Positions 18,071 through 27,643 are shown, counted from the first letter of the stretch. The stretch: 64,000 nucleotides of DNA from Candidatus Calidihabitans tengchongensis (GCA_031459615.1 JAVKIE010000004.1:76955-140954), one strand, 5' to 3'. Program-made: numbers and translations. Notes: generated by a model not told the origin, from the letters alone.

Positions 18071-18790
18071 TCAGGGCGCGGGCGAGGCGCCGATCAGCCG
18101 GGCCAGGGTGCGGGCGTACTGCGGCGCCGGGGCGCCCTCTTCGTGGGTGAAGTAGGCGTAGACGTCGCGCCCCTCGGCCAGCCGCTGGCGGATCCAGTCC
18201 GCCCACCGGCGCAGGTCGTCCCCGGCGTACCGCGAGCGGTGCAGCCGGAGATAGCTCACCGGGCCCACCACCTCCCGATGCGCGGGCTGCTCATCGGTCT
18301 CCGCCACGCACAGCGACACCCCTGCGGCATCCAGCAGGCGGTAGACGGCCGGATCCTGCCAGCTGGGGTGGCGGACCTCCAGGACCGCCGGCGCGCCGGG
18401 CCGCAGCGCGCCCAGGAAGGCGGTGAGCAGGCCCCGATCGTACCGCAGCGACGGCGGCAGCTGGAACAGGACGGGGCCACGCCGGTCCCCCAGCGCCCGC
18501 AATCGCTCGGACAAAAACGCCAGGTCGCCGTCCACGTCGGCCAGGCGTTTGAGGTGGGTGATGCGCCGGTGGGCCTTGACCGCGAAGCGGAACTCGGGCG
18601 GCACCGCCTCCGCCCACCGGGCGAGGGTGGCCGCGGTCGGGTAGCGGTAGAAGGTGTTGTTGATCTCCACCGTGGAAAAGGTCCGGGCGTAGTGGGCCAG
18701 CATCTCCCCGACCGGCAGGCCGGCGGGGTAGAACGACCCCCGCCACTCGGGATAGCTGAAGCCGGAGGTCCCCACGAACGCGCGCGGCAT
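18071..18790 (-). CDS. DUF72 (YecE-like) domain protein
   Basis: Start at MPRAFVGTSGFSYPEWRGSFYP, the canonical DUF72 N-terminus. 239 aa. Sits between ku and ligD. Confidence 0.75.
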   Translation of the reverse strand: MPRAFVGTSGFSYPEWRGSFYPAGLPVGEMLAHYARTFSTVEINNTFYRYPTAATLARWAEAVPPEFRFAVKAHRRITHLKRLADVDGDLAFLSERLRALGDRRGPVLFQLPPSLRYDRGLLTAFLGALRPGAPAVLEVRHPSWQDPAVYRLLDAAGVSLCVAETDEQPAHREVVGPVSYLRLHRSRYAGDDLRRWADWIRQRLAEGRDVYAYFTHEEGAPAPQYARTLARLIGASPAP

Positions 18791-18795
18791 AGGGA

Positions 18796-18858
18796 AAGCG
18801 TTGAAGGCTGAAGGCCGTGACAGGCCGTCTCCTGTGACCTTCAACCTTCAACTTTCAC
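18796..18858. repeat. GCGTTGAAGG-family repeat, copy 3, forming a long imperfect hairpin
   Basis: aaaGCGTTGAAGGCTGAAGGccgtgacaggccgtctcctgtgacCTTCAACCTTCAAC. The arms GTTGAAGGCTGAAGG and CCTTCAACCTTCAAC are inverted repeats. Lies between the ku stop and the DUF72 start. Confidence 0.55.
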
Positions 18859-18881
18859 CGCCGCTCAACCTCAGGGCGCGG

Positions 18882-19721
18882 TCATCGGTGCCGTTCCCGC
18901 AGGGCCGCGGCGCGGGCGGCCGTCGAGCGGGGGCGGCGGGCCGCCGGTTTCTCCCGCCGGGTCAGCTGCAGGCTGCGGCGCAGGGCCTCCATCAGGTCCA
19001 CCACCTTCTCCGGGCCCCGGGCGGCCGGGGCGGCCACCGGCTGCCCTTCCACCTTGGCCGCGATCAGCTTCTGCAGCGCCTCCCGGTACTCGTCGCGGTA
19101 CTCGGCGGACGAGAACGGCGCCGCCAGGCCCTCGATGAGCTGAAGGGCCATCTTCTTCTCGTTGGGGTGGATCTTGACCTGGACCGGCAGGTCGGGGATG
19201 TCCGCCACCCTGCGCACCTCGTCGGCGTAGTACAGGGTGGTCATCACCAGGGCTCCGTCGTAGGGGCGCACGGCCACCAGGTGCTCCTTGTCCTTGATGA
19301 CGACCTTGCCCACGGCCACCCGCCCGGCGTCCACGAGGGCGTCGTGGAGCAGGCGGAATGCCTTCTGGCCGCCCTCATCGGGGGCCAGGTAGTAGGACTT
19401 CTCATAGTACAGAGGGTCGATCTCCGACGGATCGGCGAAGGAGGTGACGGCCACCGTCCGGGCGGTCTCCAGGGGGATGCTCTCCAGATCCTCGTCGGTC
19501 ACCGGCACGAACCGGCCCTTGGCGTACTCGTAGCCGCGGACGACGTCGTTCCACTCCACCAGCTGGTCGTGGTGTGGACAGTACCGGCGGTTCTGAATGG
19601 GGGTCAGGCAGCTGCGGTGCAGGAGCCGGAAGCGGACGTCCTTGGGCTCGGTGGCGGTATAGAGCCGGACGGGGATGGTCACCAGCCCGAAGGTCAGGTG
19701 GCCCTTCCAGATGGGGCGCAT
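18882..19721 (-). CDS. ku: Ku protein (NHEJ DNA end-binding)
   Basis: MRPIWKGHLTFGLVTIPVRLYTATE... is the bacterial Ku signature. 279 aa with a basic C-terminal tail. Confidence 0.9.
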   Translation of the reverse strand: MRPIWKGHLTFGLVTIPVRLYTATEPKDVRFRLLHRSCLTPIQNRRYCPHHDQLVEWNDVVRGYEYAKGRFVPVTDEDLESIPLETARTVAVTSFADPSEIDPLYYEKSYYLAPDEGGQKAFRLLHDALVDAGRVAVGKVVIKDKEHLVAVRPYDGALVMTTLYYADEVRRVADIPDLPVQVKIHPNEKKMALQLIEGLAAPFSSAEYRDEYREALQKLIAAKVEGQPVAAPAARGPEKVVDLMEALRRSLQLTRREKPAARRPRSTAARAAALRERHR

Positions 19722-19964
19722 CGGCGGTCCCTCCGGTCACCGCGTTCTGCTGTCAGACGGCGGATGGCGTAGGGGTATTATACCCTTCCCGGCGGGGGTT
19801 TCCCAGACGAGGGCGCGGTCGGGCGGGCCGCTCCGCGCGGGAGCCGGGGCGTCCCGATCGGGGCCCGCGGGGCGGCTGGCCGCGGCGCAGGGGAGGAGCC
19901 CGCCGGCCAACCGCCAATTTCACCCCCCGGGATAACCATACCGAACCGCCCGGGAGCTACCTGG

Positions 19965-20546
19965 ATGCCGCCGGCCCTGAAGGAGTTCTTTCGCTACTGG
20001 TCCCTGACGTTCGCCGTCCTGTTGTTCTACCTGTTCGCGGCGGTGGTGGCGGGGATGGACCTGTGGGAGTCGCTGATGGAGACGGTTCGCAAGCGGCGCA
20101 GCCAGCTGGCCGCCCGTCCGCCGCTGCTGGATCCCAATCCCCTCAAGGGCAAGACGGTGGCGGAGACGCTGGGGATGGGGCCGGGTCAGCTGCCCGACGA
20201 GAGGCGCGGGTGGGTGCTGGAGCGCGCCCGCGCCGCGGCCGCCCGCCTGGGCCTGCGGGTACACATCGTGGTCCTGGAAGACTCCATGAGGCACTTTTTG
20301 GTCCACTTCGCCCACGGCGGCCAGCTCCGCACGTACCGGGTGGACAAGACGTGGGTGGCCGATGCCCGGGCCGGCAACGCCCAGCGCGAGGCCCAGATCG
20401 TCGACCTGCTGGAACGCTACCTGGCCAGCGACTTCCTGGGACAGCACCACCGGCGCCCGCCGCGCACCACCGAGCTGGCCCGGGAGGCCGCCGGCAAGGC
20501 AGCCCCCCGTCCGGCGTCCGCCGGTCAGCCCGCGCCCGAATCCTGA
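19965..20546 (+). CDS. Hypothetical membrane-anchored protein
   Basis: 193-aa ORF with one N-terminal TM helix (YWSLTFAVLLFYLFAAVVAG). Its local GC and codon usage are lower than surrounding intergenic sequence. Ends 10 nt before tRNA-Pro. Confidence 0.5.
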   Translation: MPPALKEFFRYWSLTFAVLLFYLFAAVVAGMDLWESLMETVRKRRSQLAARPPLLDPNPLKGKTVAETLGMGPGQLPDERRGWVLERARAAAARLGLRVHIVVLEDSMRHFLVHFAHGGQLRTYRVDKTWVADARAGNAQREAQIVDLLERYLASDFLGQHHRRPPRTTELAREAAGKAAPRPASAGQPAPES

Positions 20547-20555
20547 CGAAGGAGG

Positions 20556-20631
20556 TGGTCGGGGCGGCCGGATTTGAACCGGCGACCTCGTGGTCCCAAA
20601 CCACGCGCGCTGACCGCTGCGCCACGCCCCG
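20556..20631 (-). tRNA. tRNA-Pro (anticodon TGG), CCA encoded
   Basis: Reverse complement folds as a cloverleaf: acceptor CGGGGCG/CGCCCCG, D-arm GCGC-AGCGGTCA-GCGC, anticodon stem CGTGG/CCACG with loop TTTGGGA, T-arm GCCGG-TTCAAAT-CCGGC, then 3' ACCA. Confidence 0.85.
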
Positions 20632-20712
20632 GTTCACCGCGATGGTAGCACGGCCGTTCGGGGGGGTCAAACCGGGCGCGGCTTCTCCGCGCCACCCGGC
20701 GGGATCCGGCGG

Positions 20713-22203
20713 ATGTCCATGAGAGAGACCGCCGCCATGGATCCGGTGGCGTTCGTAATCATCGGCGCCACCGGGGACCTCTCCCAGCGCCTGCTGCTGC
20801 CGGCGCTGTACCGGCTGTTCACCGAAGGTGCCCTCTCCCGCTCGCTGGCCGTGGTGGGGATGTCGCGGCGGGCGATGACCGACGATCAGTTCCGCGCTTT
20901 CGCCCGGGACGGGGTGGCGGCGACCGGGGCACCTCCCGACGCCGAGCGGTGGCAGGAGTTCGCCGAGCGGCTGGTGTTCGTGTCCGCCGACTCCACCCGG
21001 GAGGCCGACTACGCCCGATTGGCCCGCACGCTGGCCGCGGTCGAGGAGCGTTTCCAGACCGGAGGCAACCGGCTGTTCTACATCGCGGCCCCTCCGTCCA
21101 CCTACGAGGCCATCCTCGCCCACCTGGGCCACAGCGAGCTGGTGCGGTACGGCAGCCGCCGGCCCTGGACCCGGGTCGTGATCGAGAAACCCTTCGGCGC
21201 GGACGAGGCATCGGCCCGTCGCCTCAACGCCCTGGTGGACCGCTTCATCGGCGAAGAGGCGGTCTTCCGCATCGACCACTACCTGGGCAAGGAGACCGTG
21301 CAGAACATGCTGGTCTTCCGATTCGCCAACACCATCTTCGAGCCCGTGTGGAACCGGCGGTACGTGGACCACGTGCAGATCTCCTTCGTCGAAGAGATCG
21401 GGGTGGGCGGCCGCGGGCGATTTTACGAGGAGGTCGGGGTCGTCCGGGACGTGGTGCAGAACCACGTGCTGCAACTGCTGGCCATCATCGCCATGGAGCC
21501 GCCGGTGGCCTTCGACGCCGACGGGTTCCGCAACGAGAAGGCCAAGGTATTCCGGGCCATCCCGCCGGTCCGGCCCGAGCACGCGGTGCGGGGCCAGTAC
21601 GGCCGCGGGATGATCCGGGGCCGGCCGGTCCCGGCCTACCGGGAGGAGGAGGGGGTGGACCCGGCCTCGACGACACCTACCTATGCCGCCATGCGCCTGC
21701 AGATCGACAACTGGCGGTGGGCGGACGTGCCCTTCTACCTGCGGGCCGGCAAGCGCCTCAACCGCAAGGACACCGAGGTCGTGGTGGTCTTCCGCCAGCC
21801 GCCTCTGCGCCTGTTCCGGGACTACGACATGGCGGAGATGGACAACAACGTGCTGGTCCTCCACACCGCCGAGGACGAGCGCATCACCCTGCGCTTCGCC
21901 GCCCGGGTCCCCGGCCACCGCCAGCAGATCCGCTCGGTCCAGCTCAGGTTCTCCTACCGGGAGTTCGGCGAGGCCGAGCACCCGGCCTACGAGCACCTGA
22001 TTCTGGACGCCCTGCGGGGGGTGCAGACGTTGTTCCCGCGCCGGGACGAGGTGGAACTGCAGTGGGCCATCGTGGACCCCCTGCTCCGCCACTGGGCGGA
22101 GCACCCGCCCCAGGACTTCCCCAACTACCCCGCCGGCTCGACGGGGCCGGCGGAGGCGGACGCCCTCCTGGCCCGGGAAGGCCGCGTCTGGCGCACGGGG
22201 TAA
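20713..22203 (+). CDS. zwf: Glucose-6-phosphate 1-dehydrogenase
   Basis: VIIGATGDLSQRLLLPALYRL (NADP site) and RIDHYLGKE (active-site motif) are present. 496 aa. The start may be the M9 at 20737. Confidence 0.9.
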   Translation: MSMRETAAMDPVAFVIIGATGDLSQRLLLPALYRLFTEGALSRSLAVVGMSRRAMTDDQFRAFARDGVAATGAPPDAERWQEFAERLVFVSADSTREADYARLARTLAAVEERFQTGGNRLFYIAAPPSTYEAILAHLGHSELVRYGSRRPWTRVVIEKPFGADEASARRLNALVDRFIGEEAVFRIDHYLGKETVQNMLVFRFANTIFEPVWNRRYVDHVQISFVEEIGVGGRGRFYEEVGVVRDVVQNHVLQLLAIIAMEPPVAFDADGFRNEKAKVFRAIPPVRPEHAVRGQYGRGMIRGRPVPAYREEEGVDPASTTPTYAAMRLQIDNWRWADVPFYLRAGKRLNRKDTEVVVVFRQPPLRLFRDYDMAEMDNNVLVLHTAEDERITLRFAARVPGHRQQIRSVQLRFSYREFGEAEHPAYEHLILDALRGVQTLFPRRDEVELQWAIVDPLLRHWAEHPPQDFPNYPAGSTGPAEADALLAREGRVWRTG

Positions 22204-22224
22204 CGCCGCCGGATGCGGGCTCGG

Positions 22225-22716
22225 TCACACGTAGGCCATCAGCCGGCCACACGCGATGGCCGTCCCCCACAGAAGCAGGGAGAGCACCGCCGCCACCCGG
22301 GCGGCCCGGGGTGGTCGGGTGGCCGCATCCCACCGGATGGCCGTGCGGAACGCCCGGCGGTGGAAGACCAGCGCGTTGAGCCCCGCCGCGGTCACCGCGG
22401 CCATCTTCAGGCGGAAGGCCGGGCTGGCGGCCCACTCGGGGGCGTGGGAGACGAACAGGGCCGCGCCCGACAGCGCCACCAGGGCCAGTCCCCGGCGAGA
22501 CCACGGAAGCAGGTGGCGCGCCAGCGCCGTCGCCGGCAGGTGCGCGGACAGGCCCAGCAGACGCAGGTCAAACATGACCGCCGGACCCACCAGCAGCACG
22601 ACGCCCACCAGGTGCACGATCTCCGCCGCGGGGTAAGCCCACAGCGCCCGGCGCATGAACACCGCTGCGGCCGAGTGCTCCAGCCACACCAGCCACTCCG
22701 GGCCCGGAGGGGTCAT
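22225..22716 (-). CDS. Hypothetical integral membrane protein (4 predicted TM helices)
   Basis: 163 aa from MTPPGPEW... The upstream part of the listed ORF (GTG start) is Pro/Gly/Arg-rich and likely non-coding. A 4-nt overlap with the upstream gene suggests coupling. Confidence 0.5.
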   Translation of the reverse strand: MTPPGPEWLVWLEHSAAAVFMRRALWAYPAAEIVHLVGVVLLVGPAVMFDLRLLGLSAHLPATALARHLLPWSRRGLALVALSGAALFVSHAPEWAASPAFRLKMAAVTAAGLNALVFHRRAFRTAIRWDAATRPPRAARVAAVLSLLLWGTAIACGRLMAYV

Positions 22717-23069
22717 CGCAGCGAGATGGTGGTCTCCCCCACAGTGAGGCGCAGAGCCCGGACCTCGTCGGGTGTGACGCGGTGGGGGTGCGCCACCACC
22801 GTCACGGTCTGGCCGGCCCGCAGCGTCCGGGCGGTCAGCCCCAGCCGGGCGGCCCGGGGGGGAGGAGGCAGAATGACCGTCCACACCCGGGCTGCGGCCT
22901 CGAGCCGGAGGACGGCATGGGGGTGTTCGAAGGTCGCCTCCCGCACGACGCCCACGAGGGTCAGGGTCTGCGAGTCGTCATACTGGCTCCACCCGTGGTG
23001 GCCCGGCGCCGGGGTGGCAGCCACCAGGACCAGCATCATCGTCCCGGCCGCGCGCATGTATCTGGACAT
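22713..23069 (-). CDS. Small secreted hypothetical protein
   Basis: Start MSRYMRAAGTMMLVLVAATPAPG (signal peptide). About 118 aa. A 4-nt overlap with the M28 gene stop region (23102-23105) is plausible with M1. Confidence 0.5.
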   Translation of the reverse strand: MSRYMRAAGTMMLVLVAATPAPGHHGWSQYDDSQTLTLVGVVREATFEHPHAVLRLEAAARVWTVILPPPPRAARLGLTARTLRAGQTVTVVAHPHRVTPDEVRALRLTVGETTISLR

Positions 23070-23101
23070 CTCCACCTCCCGGCTCCCGCCGCCCGGCCCG
23101 C

Positions 23102-24373
23102 TCAACGGACCGCGGCCGCCAGTTCGGCCGACGGCTGCGGCACCGTCGGCAGCGGTCCGCCCACGGCCCGGGAGTGGGCCACGGCCACCGCGATGCGGAT
23201 CACGGCGTCCAGACGGTCGGGCTGAATGTGTTCCGGCGTGTCCTGGGGCGAGTGATACCGGGGGTCATCGGTCCAGTGCAGGAACACCGCCGGCACTCCG
23301 GCGGCCTCGAAGGCCGTGTGGTCGCTGGCCCCCAGCCGGGTCCGGGTGACCGGGATGCCCAGCCGGCGGGCCGCGTCCACCGCGGCGTCCACCAGGCGCG
23401 TGTCGCCGGTGGTGTTGCCGACCAGCAGCCGCTCCCCCACGCCGACCATGTCCAGGTTGACCATGCCCGCCACCGACGCCAGCCGCGGACTGCGGGCGTA
23501 GTGGCGCGAGCCGTACAGGCCCAGTTCCTCCGCCCCGAACGCCACGATCTCGACCGGGAGCGGAGGAGGATCGTCCCGCAGCAGCCGGGCCACCTCCAGG
23601 GCCGCCGCCACCCCGGAAGCGTTGTCGTTGGCTCCGGGGCTGCCCTCCACCGAGTCGTAATGTCCCCCCACCACCAGGCGGCGGCCTGACGCCCCCGGCA
23701 GGCTGCCGACCACGTTGGCGGACTGGCGCTGTTCGTTGACCGTGTCCACCAGCAGGGCGACGACGACGGGCCCGGACCGCAGCCACTCCAGCACCCGCCG
23801 GCCGTCGGCCTGGGAGATGATCACCGCCGGGATGGCCGAGGGTTCCAGCAACGTTCCCACCACCACACCGGGTTCGTTGTTGTACACCACCACGGCCAGG
23901 GCACCGGCCCGGGCGGCGTTGGCGACCTTGTCGGCGAAGCGCAGCCCCCCGCGTTCCACCAGCGCGATCTTCCCCCTGATGATGTCGCCCACGTCCTGGG
24001 GCGTCCCGCGGCCGGCCGCCACCACCTCCGCGGTCAGGACGCCGGAGGTCGGGGACGAGTACAGCAGGGCCCGCGCCTCCACCGGGACCCTCTGGGGGCT
24101 TACCACCTCCAGGCTGACGCGGCGGGTCTCGAAGTAGGGGAAGGCAAACGCCTGCAGGGTCACCTCGTATCCGAGGTCGCGCAGCCGGGCGCCGATGTAG
24201 TCGGCGGCCTGCCGGTCGGCGAGGCTGCCGGCCACCCGCGGGCCGAGGGCCGCCAGAGCCCGCACGTGGGCCAGGGCGCGCACGCCGGCATCGGGCGCCT
24301 GGGCGCTGGCGGCGGCCGCCAGGACGGCGGACAGCAGGAGGACCCACAGGCCGGTCCGGAGGAAAGCGCGCAT
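23102..24373 (-). CDS. M28-family zinc peptidase (aminopeptidase with PA domain), secreted
   Basis: Signal peptide, PA-domain stretch, and M28 motifs (GGHYDSV ... GANDNASGVAA ... GAEELGLYGS ... DHTAF). Confidence 0.8.
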   Translation of the reverse strand: MRAFLRTGLWVLLLSAVLAAAASAQAPDAGVRALAHVRALAALGPRVAGSLADRQAADYIGARLRDLGYEVTLQAFAFPYFETRRVSLEVVSPQRVPVEARALLYSSPTSGVLTAEVVAAGRGTPQDVGDIIRGKIALVERGGLRFADKVANAARAGALAVVVYNNEPGVVVGTLLEPSAIPAVIISQADGRRVLEWLRSGPVVVALLVDTVNEQRQSANVVGSLPGASGRRLVVGGHYDSVEGSPGANDNASGVAAALEVARLLRDDPPPLPVEIVAFGAEELGLYGSRHYARSPRLASVAGMVNLDMVGVGERLLVGNTTGDTRLVDAAVDAARRLGIPVTRTRLGASDHTAFEAAGVPAVFLHWTDDPRYHSPQDTPEHIQPDRLDAVIRIAVAVAHSRAVGGPLPTVPQPSAELAAAVR

Positions 24374-24629
24374 GTGTGGTTTTATTATGCCCAGCAGGAG
24401 CCGGCGCGGTCACCAGGATCACCACCGGGCCAGCGGTGGGGGGACCACGGCCGGGGCAGGCGCCGCGCCGGCTGCCGGTGTGTCCGGCGGGATGACCGTA
24501 CCGGCGCCCTGTAAAGCCGACATGAAGGTGGTCTTCACAGGCCCTTCACATCCAGGTTCCACGATGACCGCGGGTTCCGCACGCCCCCGGCCTGCCGGCG
24601 GTGCGCCGCGGGTACGGAACAGACCAGCG

Positions 24630-25616
24630 ATGTCCACGCGCGTGCCCGCCGCTCTGGTGGTCGCCGGCCTCCTGGCGCTGGCGGTGCCCTCCGGTGCCCA
24701 GGACGTTCTCACGCCCGGGGTGGAGGCCGTCGATCGGGCGGTGGTCCTGATCGGCGCTGAGTACCGCAGCGGCGCCCGCACGGTCCACGGCTCGGGATCC
24801 GGCATCGTGGTGGATCCCGCCGGGCTCATCCTCACAGCCCACCACGTGGTGGACGGAGCGGCGGCTCTGGAGGTGCGGTGGCCCGACGGGAGGGCGCTGC
24901 CGGCGACGGTGGTGGGGGTGGACCGGGTGTACGATGCGGCCCTGGTGCGTGTGCAGCCTGTGGACCGGGTGGCGGCGGCCGCCCTGGGGTCGTCGGCGTC
25001 CCTGGCTCCGGGCGACACCGTCGTTGCCCTGGGGCGCTCTCCGCGGCGGCGGGAGGGAGCCACCGCGGGCGTGTTCCTCCACGTGGACCGGGAGATCCGG
25101 CCGGGCGCGCCTTACCTGGTCTCCACCGCCATCGTCTACCCCGGCGACTCCGGGGGTGCCCTGGTGACGACCCGGGGAGAGGTGGTGGGGGTGATCGTCG
25201 CCCTCACCCGCAACGGCCAGCTCAGCCTGTCGCTGGCGGCGGACGCCGTGCGCTCCGTGTGGGACGGGCTGCTGGCGGGAGAGGTGCGCCACCCCTGGCT
25301 GGGGATCGTCGGCCGGACCCTGACACCCGAGCTGGCGGCGCAGCTGGGCCTGCCGGTCACCTCGGGGGTGCTGGTCCTGGAGGTGGTTGCCGGCGGCCCG
25401 GCCTCTGTCGCCGGGCTGCGGGGGGCGTCCGGCCGGGACGTTCCCCGGGACGGCGACGTGATCGTCGCCATCGACGGCCAGCCGGTGGCCTCGTTCGGGT
25501 CCCTGGCCGCCTACGTGCTGGGCCGCCGCGTGGGCGACGCGGTCACCCTGGAGATCGTCCGCGACGGCCAGCGGGTGACCACCACGGTGATCCTGGCCGA
25601 GCGGCCGGCCCTGTAG
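24630..25616 (+). CDS. Trypsin-like serine protease with C-terminal PDZ domain (HtrA/DegP, S1C)
   Basis: Start at MSTRVPAALVVAGLLALAVPSGAQ. Catalytic TAHHVV, D, and GDSGGAL are present, then a PDZ (GVLVLEVVAGGPASVAGLR...GDVIVAIDGQPV). The upstream 258 nt of the listed ORF is low-complexity and probably untranslated. Confidence 0.8.
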   Translation: MSTRVPAALVVAGLLALAVPSGAQDVLTPGVEAVDRAVVLIGAEYRSGARTVHGSGSGIVVDPAGLILTAHHVVDGAAALEVRWPDGRALPATVVGVDRVYDAALVRVQPVDRVAAAALGSSASLAPGDTVVALGRSPRRREGATAGVFLHVDREIRPGAPYLVSTAIVYPGDSGGALVTTRGEVVGVIVALTRNGQLSLSLAADAVRSVWDGLLAGEVRHPWLGIVGRTLTPELAAQLGLPVTSGVLVLEVVAGGPASVAGLRGASGRDVPRDGDVIVAIDGQPVASFGSLAAYVLGRRVGDAVTLEIVRDGQRVTTTVILAERPAL

Positions 25617-25652
25617 ACCGTGGCTTGACCGCCGCGCAAAGCGGGGTGTAGG

Positions 25653-26708
25653 ATGCAGCCAACACGCGACCGGGAGGGACCCCCCGTGACGCTGTCCGTC
25701 GAGGCGGTCCAACAGGCGTCGGCCACCATGCGCCGGGTCCTGATGGAGATCAAGAAGGTGATCGTGGGGCAGGACCTGATGCTGGAGCGCATCCTGGTGG
25801 CGCTGCTGGCCCGCGGCCACATCCTCATCGAGGGCGTGCCGGGCCTGGCCAAGACGCTGGCCGTCAAGACCACCGCCCGGGTCATCGACTGCCAGTTCAA
25901 GCGCATCCAGTTCACCCCCGACCTGGTGCCCGCCGACCTGATCGGCACCCGCATCTACAACCAGCACACGGGCACCTTCGAGACGGAACTGGGGCCGGTC
26001 TTCGCCAACCTGGTCCTGGCCGACGAGATCAACCGGGCGCCGGCCAAGGTCCAGTCGGCGCTGCTGGAGGCCATGCAGGAGCGGCAGGTCACCATCGGGA
26101 GGCAGACGTTTCCCCTGCCGGATCCCTTCCTGGTCCTGGCCACCCAGAACCCCATCGAGAGCGAGGGCACCTATCCGCTGCCCGAGGCCCAGGTGGACCG
26201 GTTCATGTTCAAGGTGGTGATCGGCTACCCCGACACCCTGGAAGAGGTCACCATCGTGGACCGGATGGCGGTGCGCCCGCCCGAGGTGGAGACGGTGATC
26301 CACGCCCAGGACCTGCTGGAGCTGCAGCGCCTGGCGGATGCCGTCTACGTTCACCCGCGTCTGATGGAGTACGCGGTGACCCTCAGCACCGCCACCCGCC
26401 GGCCCCGGGACTACGGGCTGGCGGACCTGGCGCCCTACATCTCCTACGGCAGCAGCCCGCGGGCGTCGCTGAACATGATCGTGGGCGCCAAGGCCCTGGC
26501 GCTGATCCGGGGGCGGGAGTACGTGCTGCCCGAGGATGTCCGGGACATCGCGCCCGAGGTGATGCGGCACCGGCTGGTTCTCTCCTACGAGGCTCTGGCC
26601 CAGGGCATCACCGGCGACCACATCGTGACCCGGGTTCTCGACCACATCCCGCCGCCGCGGGTGCACATCGGCGACCCCTACGAGACCGCCCGCGCCGGGC
26701 CGTCCTGA
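25653..26708 (+). CDS. MoxR-family AAA+ ATPase
   Basis: GVPGLAKT Walker A, ADEINRAP Walker B/sensor, and the MoxR C-terminal region are present. 351 aa. Confidence 0.9.
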   Translation: MQPTRDREGPPVTLSVEAVQQASATMRRVLMEIKKVIVGQDLMLERILVALLARGHILIEGVPGLAKTLAVKTTARVIDCQFKRIQFTPDLVPADLIGTRIYNQHTGTFETELGPVFANLVLADEINRAPAKVQSALLEAMQERQVTIGRQTFPLPDPFLVLATQNPIESEGTYPLPEAQVDRFMFKVVIGYPDTLEEVTIVDRMAVRPPEVETVIHAQDLLELQRLADAVYVHPRLMEYAVTLSTATRRPRDYGLADLAPYISYGSSPRASLNMIVGAKALALIRGREYVLPEDVRDIAPEVMRHRLVLSYEALAQGITGDHIVTRVLDHIPPPRVHIGDPYETARAGPS

Positions 26709-26755
26709 TCCGGGGAGGCGCCCGCGGGAGTCGCCGGGCGGGACGCATCTGAGCC

Positions 26756-27643
26756 ATGATGGAGACCCCCGAGCGGATCCTGCGGCGGCTGGAGTTCACC
26801 GTCGTCCGGCGGCTGGACGGCTTCCTGTTCGGCGACTACACGGGCGTGTTCTACGGCCCCAGCCTCGACCTGGCCGAGGTGCGCGAGTACCAGCCGGGGG
26901 ATGAGGTGCGCCGGATCGACTGGAACGTCACCGCCCGGATGCACCGGCTGTTCGTCCGCCAGTACCGGGAGGAGCGGGAACTGACCAGCTGGCTGCTGGT
27001 GGACCTCTCCCCCTCGATGGCCTTCGGCACCCGGCGCCAGCTCAAGCGGCAGACGGCCGCCGAGTTCGCCGGGGTGGCCGCCTACATCGTCACCCGCCAC
27101 GGGGACAAGGTCGGCCTGATGGGTTTCCCCGGCCGCGACGTCTACGTGCCGCCGCGGGGCGGACGGGCGCACGCCCTGCGCATCCTGCACACCCTCGGCC
27201 GCGCCGCGCCGCGCCCCGGGCAGCTGGCGGACGGTCTCGCCCAGGCGGCCCGGGCGCTGCGCCGGCGCAGCCTGGTGTTCATCATCTCCGACTTCCAGGG
27301 CGATGACGGGTGGGATCGCCCCCTGGGGCAGCTGGCGGCCCGCCACGACGTCGTCGCCGTGTGGGTGACCGATCCGGCCGAGCAGGACCTGCCGGACGTG
27401 GGCGGGGTGTACGTGCGGGATCCCGAGACAGGCGAGCAGGTGTGGGTGAACACTTCGGATCCCCGGGTGCGGCAGGCGTACCGGGACCTGGCGGCCCGGG
27501 AACGGGAACGGATCCGCCAGGCCCTGGCGCGCTCGGCGGTGGACGTCCTGAGCCTGTCCACGGCGGAGCCGCTGCTGGGGCCGCTGTTGCGGTTTGTGAC
27601 CCTGCGCAAGCGGAGGCGGCGGTGGAGTTTGGCTGGCCGGTGA
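26756..27643 (+). CDS. DUF58 domain protein (MoxR-associated)
   Basis: LEFTVVRRLDGFLFGDYTGVFYGPSLDLAEVREYQPGDEVRRIDWNVTAR is the canonical DUF58 core. 295 aa. Confidence 0.85.
   Translation: MMETPERILRRLEFTVVRRLDGFLFGDYTGVFYGPSLDLAEVREYQPGDEVRRIDWNVTARMHRLFVRQYREERELTSWLLVDLSPSMAFGTRRQLKRQTAAEFAGVAAYIVTRHGDKVGLMGFPGRDVYVPPRGGRAHALRILHTLGRAAPRPGQLADGLAQAARALRRRSLVFIISDFQGDDGWDRPLGQLAARHDVVAVWVTDPAEQDLPDVGGVYVRDPETGEQVWVNTSDPRVRQAYRDLAARERERIRQALARSAVDVLSLSTAEPLLGPLLRFVTLRKRRRRWSLAGR

Noticed and set aside
20556-20712. Possible integrative element at tRNA-Pro, tRNA-Arg (31364) or tRNA-His (45952)
   Set aside because: No integrase, excisionase or direct repeat of the tRNA 3' end was found adjacent to any of the three tRNAs. 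Flanking genes are ordinary housekeeping or hypothetical genes.
24372-24629. N-terminal 86 codons of listed ORF 24372..25616 as part of the HtrA-like protease
   Set aside because: The segment is low complexity (GGGTTAGAGAAPAAG) and precedes a canonical signal peptide beginning at MSTRVPAALVVAG. It is likely 5' UTR.
27310-27621. N-terminal 104 codons of listed ORF 27310..28644 as part of the VWA protein
   Set aside because: This segment overlaps the DUF58 gene in another frame and is Gly/Arg/Pro-rich. The paralogous VWA gene starts at the equivalent WPVML motif, so the start was placed at about 27622-27643.
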